A stretch of DNA of 64,000 nucleotides from the IMG/VR virus record IMGVR_UViG_3300009103_000001, positions 1 to 64,000 of that record, one strand, 5' to 3'. The translations under genes were made by a program, and so were the position numbers. Shown one piece after another: positions 58,451 to 64,000 of the stretch (position 1 is the stretch's first letter; every line of letters starts with the position of its first letter). The notes under the pieces were generated by a model. That model was not told the origin of the DNA and did not search any database. It worked only from the letters and a program-made list of their open reading frames with translations.

Positions 58451-58747
58451 TTAAGTATTATTAATAACTGATTCCACTATTAAGTTTTTTGGTGGTAAAC
58501 CACTTTGTCTCCACACCACTTTACCTTCTTTAAATAAAATAAGTGTTGGCACACTTCTTATACCATGTTTAACAGCAAAATCCCTATTTTTATCTATGTC
58601 TACCTTTAGGATTGTTGCAACATCTTTTACTTCTGTAGATACTTGTTCTAATAGTGGTTCCATCATACGACATGGGCCACACCAAGTAGCATAAAAATCT
58701 ACTAGTGTTGGTTTAGTTGAATTAATTGTTTCGTTAAAATTTTTCAT
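58451..58747 (-). CDS. trxA: Thioredoxin
   Basis: VDFYATWCGPC, GIRSVPTLILFK. Confidence 0.96.
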   Translation of the reverse strand: MKNFNETINSTKPTLVDFYATWCGPCRMMEPLLEQVSTEVKDVATILKVDIDKNRDFAVKHGIRSVPTLILFKEGKVVWRQSGLPPKNLIVESVINNT

Positions 58748-58766
58748 ATTATTAAATATCTATTTT

Positions 58767-59021
58767 TTATTTAAAATCATGTTTAATTGAAGTTCTTCTT
58801 GGTGTTAGGTCACCAATGTAACCATACTTTAACACTAAGTCAATTCTAAACTTTAATGTAAATATATCTATATTATAATTTAAACAATCTAAATCTCTAA
58901 TCCATGATTTAAAAGATGGGTATTCCTTTTCATTATGGTATATTAATCCATGAGACACAACACTAGCCATCAATCTCTGTTCTTGTTTAGTTAATATTTC
59001 AAAATAATCGTTACTCTTCAT
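58767..59021 (-). CDS. Hypothetical protein
   Basis: ORF track; C-terminal LTPRR...KH. Confidence 0.55.
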   Translation of the reverse strand: MKSNDYFEILTKQEQRLMASVVSHGLIYHNEKEYPSFKSWIRDLDCLNYNIDIFTLKFRIDLVLKYGYIGDLTPRRTSIKHDFK

Positions 59022-59334
59022 TATTTAATTTATGTTTAAGTAAATTTTTCTTTGGTGATAACTTGTCAGTCTTTGGCCTAATCTCATCATAAGGTATGAT
59101 AGCACTTCGTCTAACAAAACTTTGAGCTGTTTGCCAATATTGATTAACCTCTTCCTGCATTGTCATCATATCATGTTCATCAAGTGGTCTGTTGACTCTC
59201 TCTTCAATCTTTTTATTTATTATCTTTATATTTCTCTTATGTTTATAATGTATATATAAAAGAACAATGCCCCAAAATGTAAGAGATGACACACATGCGA
59301 TTAAACCTCCAAAATTTATTGATACTTCATTCAT
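59011..59334 (-). CDS. Membrane-anchored hypothetical protein
   Basis: MNEVSINF start shared with 59327. Confidence 0.65.
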   Translation of the reverse strand: MNEVSINFGGLIACVSSLTFWGIVLLYIHYKHKRNIKIINKKIEERVNRPLDEHDMMTMQEEVNQYWQTAQSFVRRSAIIPYDEIRPKTDKLSPKKNLLKHKLNNEE

Positions 59335-59731
59335 TCTCTCTATTCCTCCTTACTAAATTGCCTTCTATTAAATTGAACCCTTGTAAAGGAACTAAATTAT
59401 CCAGTTCATCTTGAGAAACCTCTTCTCCATTATCCACTTCCCTTACATAAATTCCAGGGCCAATAGGTGAATGGATTCTAAAGGCTTCTTTCCTAATCCC
59501 TTGGTCAATCTTATGTACCTTCATCTTTTTCTTTGGTAAGAAGTCTTCCTTCACAGTAATCGTATTCCCACTGATTGCACCAAACCGTGGTAAATTCATC
59601 CGTGGTTCCGTATCTACTGTTTGTTCTCTTTTATGTTTATAACGTATACATAACATAGTAATGCCATATCCTAGTAGTACTGACACACATCCTATGATTA
59701 AACCTATAAAATTTATTGATACTTCATTCAT
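59327..59731 (-). CDS. Membrane-anchored hypothetical protein
   Basis: Shares N-terminus with 59011 and C-terminal segment with 59733. Confidence 0.65.
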   Translation of the reverse strand: MNEVSINFIGLIIGCVSVLLGYGITMLCIRYKHKREQTVDTEPRMNLPRFGAISGNTITVKEDFLPKKKMKVHKIDQGIRKEAFRIHSPIGPGIYVREVDNGEEVSQDELDNLVPLQGFNLIEGNLVRRNRENE

Positions 59732-59732
59732 T

Positions 59733-60584
59733 CTATCTATCCCTCCTTATCCTTACCATTCCTGAGTAATATTCGGAATTACTCCTTGGTGTCCACAAAT
59801 TCCCATCCATTAAATCATCTATATCTACAGTGCTATGGTCCACTTCCCTTACATAAATTCCAGGCCCTAAAAGAATTTCATGTTTTCTAATACCTTGGTC
59901 CAGCTTATGTACCTTCATTTTTTTCTTGGGTAAGAAGTCCGCTTCCTTTTTAATCCAAGGATAATCATATGTTTGTCTATTTAGATAATCAAATATTTGC
60001 CTTCTTGATGGCCAACCTCTTCTAATTCTAAGATAGCCATTCTCTTCAGCATAATTCCAACTTGCCATACGACAATGTTGGCACTCACAATCGGTCGCAT
60101 GTGTTGCAGGATAACCTTCAAAGCCATATAAATCTATATGAGTTTCTTGGGTTATAACAAAGCCTCGCCAATCTTGTACCAGGTATTCATTATCTGTAAA
60201 GTAAGGGTCTTGTTGAGGTGGGGTAGGTTTCTTCTTTTTAATTAATTTCTTTATCCTGCTTATTGCATGTGCTGGTAAAGAATAGGCAAGAAAGGGCAAT
60301 GCTGTCATGAACAATAGTCCTTTCCCTATGTCTTTTATTATTCCAGAACTTGTTACATCTGGCGGTTCCTGTAATTGTTTATCCACCATATCCACGTATA
60401 GATGTACACCCCAATCAATTGTTTGCAATATGCCTAATATGCCTACAAGGCACATAAGAGGTATCACTATCCAAAACTTAATCAAAAAGAAGGCAAGGTT
60501 TTCAGGTTGAATCCCAAGATAATCTTGAATTTTATCTATTAGCTTATTCCAGCCATATGTATGTTCATCATTCCATTTAATCAT
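59733..60584 (-). CDS. Membrane hypothetical protein
   Basis: Two TM; HATDCECQHC; FLPKKKMKVHK. Confidence 0.65.
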   Translation of the reverse strand: MIKWNDEHTYGWNKLIDKIQDYLGIQPENLAFFLIKFWIVIPLMCLVGILGILQTIDWGVHLYVDMVDKQLQEPPDVTSSGIIKDIGKGLLFMTALPFLAYSLPAHAISRIKKLIKKKKPTPPQQDPYFTDNEYLVQDWRGFVITQETHIDLYGFEGYPATHATDCECQHCRMASWNYAEENGYLRIRRGWPSRRQIFDYLNRQTYDYPWIKKEADFLPKKKMKVHKLDQGIRKHEILLGPGIYVREVDHSTVDIDDLMDGNLWTPRSNSEYYSGMVRIRRDR

Positions 60585-60674
60585 GAATTAAATATATAAA
60601 TAAATAAAATATCAAACAAGCATTTAAAACAAATATTTATATACAATAATAAAAATATTATTTATATTTGACAA

Positions 60675-60863
60675 ATGAATAAAACTAAATTTAAAATTGG
60701 TGATAAAGCAATAAAACCAAAAGGGTATAATTTCCCATGTACCATTGTTGGTGTTTTTGAGACCTTAAAGGGTGAGATTAGAATAGTTGGTGAAATGGAC
60801 GATTATGGTCTATTACATATTTTTAATGAAAACCAATTAGAACATTATGGAGAAAATAAATAA
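60675..60863 (+). CDS. Small SH3/KOW-like hypothetical protein
   Basis: KFKIGDKA.KPKGY.FP..IV.VF. Confidence 0.6.
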   Translation: MNKTKFKIGDKAIKPKGYNFPCTIVGVFETLKGEIRIVGEMDDYGLLHIFNENQLEHYGENK

Positions 60864-61383
60864 AATAAAAGAATTAGCCACAACATTACATGGTGACCAA
60901 AAAAGAAAATATTCTGGTGACCCATATATTACACATACCTTCAGAGTTGCTGATACAGTAAAAGAAAATGGTGGTGATGAGGCTATGATATATGCGGCAG
61001 TTCTCCATGATGTTTTAGAGGATACACCAACAACTGAAACAGAACTTTTTGAAAAATTAATGACAATTATTGAACCTAATATTGTTATAGATGTCATTAA
61101 ACTGGTTAAAGAATTAACAGATGTCTTTACTACAGAAAAATACCCAAATATGAATAGAAAAGGTAGGAAGGAAATGGAGGCTATCAGAATGGGTAAAATT
61201 TCACCTAGAGCTCAAACAATTAAATACGCCGACCTTTTGGATAATATTGAGGATATCATGAAAAACGACCCAAATTTTGGTAAATTATATATTAAAGAAA
61301 AATATATTATTTTAAAACACATGAATAAAGGGAATAGAAATCTTTATGAAAAATGTTTAGAAATAATTAATAAACATATATAA
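60847..61383 (+). CDS. Small HD-domain (p)ppGpp hydrolase-like protein (Mesh1/SAH)
   Basis: H..Q.RK..G.PYITH, AAVLHDVLEDT, IKYAD.LDN. Confidence 0.88.
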   Translation: MEKINKIKELATTLHGDQKRKYSGDPYITHTFRVADTVKENGGDEAMIYAAVLHDVLEDTPTTETELFEKLMTIIEPNIVIDVIKLVKELTDVFTTEKYPNMNRKGRKEMEAIRMGKISPRAQTIKYADLLDNIEDIMKNDPNFGKLYIKEKYIILKHMNKGNRNLYEKCLEIINKHI

Positions 61384-61410
61384 ACAACCATCATTAAGAT
61401 ATTTATTGAT

Positions 61411-61791
61411 ATGAACATAAAAAAGATAATAAAAGAAGAATTAGAATGGATTAAAAAAATCGAACCAAAATATATGCCAAAAAAAGATGAGTTGATTGAG
61501 GTTAGGTACGAAAATAAAGATTCTTTTTTACAATGGATTGGTTCATTTAAAACACCTTATTTAAGTGGTAAGTTTGGTAAATACATTAAAGGGCGTGTTG
61601 TAGACATATCTGATAATTTCTTCTTATTAGTGGTAAAAGATACAACTGGAAATCATGGAATATATTTCCCAACAATAACCGATAACATTGAATGGACAAA
61701 ACCATATTGGCCAACTAGTGGGGTAGGTGGACCACCTAAAGGTATATATGTTGAAGATATTGGTCTTAGATATGTACCACTATCGTCTTAG
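61411..61791 (+). CDS. Leader-family protein
   Basis: MNIKKIIKEELEWIKK; module resembles the fourth module of 44058. Confidence 0.75.
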   Translation: MNIKKIIKEELEWIKKIEPKYMPKKDELIEVRYENKDSFLQWIGSFKTPYLSGKFGKYIKGRVVDISDNFFLLVVKDTTGNHGIYFPTITDNIEWTKPYWPTSGVGGPPKGIYVEDIGLRYVPLSS

Positions 61792-62258
61792 TACCGTGTG
61801 TATCTAGGGAACCTATGTTTTAATATTCTACCCCTAGGTTTTAACTTACCATTTAAAGTATTAAATCTGTACATACTATAATTTACTCTTGTTACCCTAG
61901 TTATTGGGGGCAGTAGTGGTTGTGTAACTTCAGTTGGTGTATATCTATCTATAATAATAGTATATTGTCTTTCATGTTTTTTTCGTAAAATATCTAATTT
62001 AAGTTGTTTTTTAGCTCTAAGAATAGTTAACCTAGATGGCCTTTTATTTATATTTCTTTTCCTAAAACAAGCGAAAGGGTAATTAGATATCCAAATCGTA
62101 GTATCACCTAATTTTGCGGTATGTTCACCAATATTACTAAAGGTATATTCATCTAATAACACATTAAATTCATCATCCCAATCTTTATCATATGGGTCAT
62201 TCATTAACCAAAAATTAGGTCTGAATATAAATTGTAAGTTTCTAAAAAAATCTTTCAT
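61788..62258 (-). CDS. Hypothetical protein
   Basis: ORF track; C-terminal LKPRG...KH. Confidence 0.6.
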   Translation of the reverse strand: MKDFFRNLQFIFRPNFWLMNDPYDKDWDDEFNVLLDEYTFSNIGEHTAKLGDTTIWISNYPFACFRKRNINKRPSRLTILRAKKQLKLDILRKKHERQYTIIIDRYTPTEVTQPLLPPITRVTRVNYSMYRFNTLNGKLKPRGRILKHRFPRYTRY

Positions 62259-62312
62259 AATTATTAATTATAATAAAATATTTTTAAATCGTAAAGATAT
62301 TTATATATAACT

Positions 62313-62861
62313 ATGGATATAAGAAAAATCATAAAAGAGGAAATGGAATCTAAAAATATAGGATATGAAGATATTGTATATGAAGATGATAACCTAATAG
62401 TTATATATCCAAAAACAAGGGAAGCTTCATGTAATTATGGTGAAGACACAAATTGGTGTACAGCAGCTGAAGGTGGACAATCTTTCCATGAATATAATGA
62501 TAAAGGTAACTTATATTATCATATATGGAAATTTAAAATGCCTAATAATAAACAAAACTATCAAAAAATTGCTAGATTCATTGAATATGGTAAAGAATAT
62601 GGTGAACTTGGTGATTTTTTCTTATTTGATGATAGTCAAGTGGATAAGTATGAAATATTATTTAATATTTTAAATGGTAAAAAATTAAAGGAGGGTGGTT
62701 TTGAGTATCCAGCAGAGTTAAAACCATTAAATGATTCTTGGGAAAAAGCTTTTATTGCTGTTGATACACATTATGCAAAAAATGGTTTACACAAAACACC
62801 AACATATACGGAACCCGATATAGAAGATTTATGGGATGACGATTATGAAGAATTTTTCTAG
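62313..62861 (+). CDS. Leader-family protein with C-x-YG-x2-T-x-WC domain
   Basis: MDIRKIIKEE; PKTREASCNYGEDTNWCTAA. Confidence 0.75.
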   Translation: MDIRKIIKEEMESKNIGYEDIVYEDDNLIVIYPKTREASCNYGEDTNWCTAAEGGQSFHEYNDKGNLYYHIWKFKMPNNKQNYQKIARFIEYGKEYGELGDFFLFDDSQVDKYEILFNILNGKKLKEGGFEYPAELKPLNDSWEKAFIAVDTHYAKNGLHKTPTYTEPDIEDLWDDDYEEFF

Positions 62862-62950
62862 TGTAAATTGACTTTTATAGTCAATAACTTATATTTATAT
62901 AGTAGACCAACCAATTAGGTACACACCTTAATCAATAATTAAAAATTATT

Positions 62951-63070
62951 ATGAGAAATTACGACCCAAACGATAAACCTTGCTTTGATGGTGATATTTA
63001 TGAAGATTTTATAGATGAAATCCCAGAAGAAGATATTTATTATAATATAGATGATTCTTTTGAATATTAA
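62951..63070 (+). CDS. 39 aa acidic peptide (not in track)
   Basis: 14 of 39 residues D/E; TTGACT-16-TATATT upstream. Confidence 0.4.
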   Translation: MRNYDPNDKPCFDGDIYEDFIDEIPEEDIYYNIDDSFEY

Positions 63071-63390
63071 AAAAACATAATCATAAGAGATATAAGACCA
63101 TATACTGATACTAAAGACCTAGAGGTAGGTAAAAGATATATTGCCTATGATATAGGTAATGATGAACTTCATGGTGAACCTTTTATTGTTTTAAAAAAAA
63201 ATGAAAGTATAGATAATATACAAATTCACATCAAATGGCTTAATATGAATAGAGGTACTATCATAACAGAAAAATCTATAGGAAATTGGGAACCAATATT
63301 TAGACCTAGTATGGAGTGGATGTGGTTCTATAGATAATTTAATTCACACAACTTTATTGGATATTTATTATTAATAATATATTTATTGAT

Positions 63391-64000
63391 ATGGATATTA
63401 AATTATTATTAGAAAGAATTATACTTACTGAAGGTAGGGTTGAGAATGCTAGAAAAAAATATCCTAATATACCAGATAAAATTTTTGATTATTACGTAGA
63501 TAATGACCCATCTGGTAATCAAAAGTACCTTAATTGGGTTTTAAAAACTATAACAGCTGATTGGGGTATTACACAAACATCACATTTTAGACAAAATCAT
63601 TCTGAGTTATTAGATAGTTTAACATTCTTCCATGAAAATAACCAAGCGTTTAATAAAAAAGATATAAATCATTATAAAAATTTAACTATGTTTTTCCAAA
63701 CCATTGCTGAGGTTAGGGAAAAGGTGAGACAAAAAAAGGAAGAAAAAAAGGCTAAAAAACAAAGAAACCTTGTTTATCAAGATAAGGATTGGGTTGTAAT
63801 ATCACCTAAATCACATTTAGCTTCTTGTGTTTATGGTTCTGGTACAAAATGGTGTGTTACAATGAAAGATTATTCACATCATTGGGATAGATATTCTAAA
63901 AACGCAACATTCTTTTTTATAATAGATAAAAATAAAGATGATTCGGATAACCTATATAAAGTCGCTTTTAGAAAAATAGGTAGAAGTGGTAAGGTTGAAT
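63391..64000 (+). CDS. C-x-YG-x-GT-x-WC family protein (runs off window end)
   Basis: MDIKLLLERIILTEG...DPSGNQKYLNW...PKSHLASCVYGSGTKWCV. Confidence 0.8.
   Translation, partial: MDIKLLLERIILTEGRVENARKKYPNIPDKIFDYYVDNDPSGNQKYLNWVLKTITADWGITQTSHFRQNHSELLDSLTFFHENNQAFNKKDINHYKNLTMFFQTIAEVREKVRQKKEEKKAKKQRNLVYQDKDWVVISPKSHLASCVYGSGTKWCVTMKDYSHHWDRYSKNATFFFIIDKNKDDSDNLYKVAFRKIGRSGKVE

Noticed and set aside
1613-62673. Many short track ORFs nested in or antisense to longer genes (e.g. 1613, 2057, 2623, 3962, 4732, 7592, 13205, 14307, 29885, 29912, 32265, 43601, 46409, 54489, 56339, 60837, 62437)
   Set aside because: They overlap better-supported genes and have shadow-like composition.
63075-63340. 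Open frame with an LEVGK module-like segment
   Set aside because: No ATG/GTG start found and no leader; it may be a remnant, but support is too weak to list.
1-64000. Stop-codon reassignment (as in some large phages)
   Set aside because: dnaK, thyA and other long genes are intact and abut tightly under the standard code; no fragmentation at TAG or TGA.

Overview
AT-rich, gene-dense 64 kb segment, most consistent with a jumbo phage of a Bacteroidota host. Host evidence: TTG/TTTG-N19-20-TAnnTTTG promoters, T9SS type A and type B cargo genes, and a SiaC-like gene. Recognisable genes: dnaK, thyA, trxA, an ECF-type sigma factor, two Nudix hydrolases, a PncA-like protein, an M23 peptidase, Smr, a HAD phosphatase, a YqiA-like esterase, an AsnRS-like catalytic domain, a RadA-like ATPase, a Mesh1-like (p)ppGpp hydrolase and a degenerate tRNA-Gly. 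Two unexplained architectures dominate. (1) About 30 genes share an N-terminal leader (M-x-I/L-R/K-K/R-I-I-R/K-E-E/S). Many are concatemers of shuffled modules joined by I/L-N/K-E-S-x-D-F/L/M-x-W-I/V-K-D linkers and lie behind an ATATTTAT motif. I infer a capsid-targeted, protease-processed cargo library. (2) A 4.7 kb minus-strand array of about 20 tiny ORFs whose junctions are a 24-nt repeat (TTAAACCAAAACAAAGATGAGTAA) containing an ATG and a stop codon in all three frames, a universal coupling linker for interchangeable gene cassettes. A non-coding hub at about 49.8-53.0 kb holds TGACA boxes, promoter-terminator mini-units, a candidate pseudoknot RNA and a GC-rich G-run island. All family calls come from motif recognition by eye; no searches were run.
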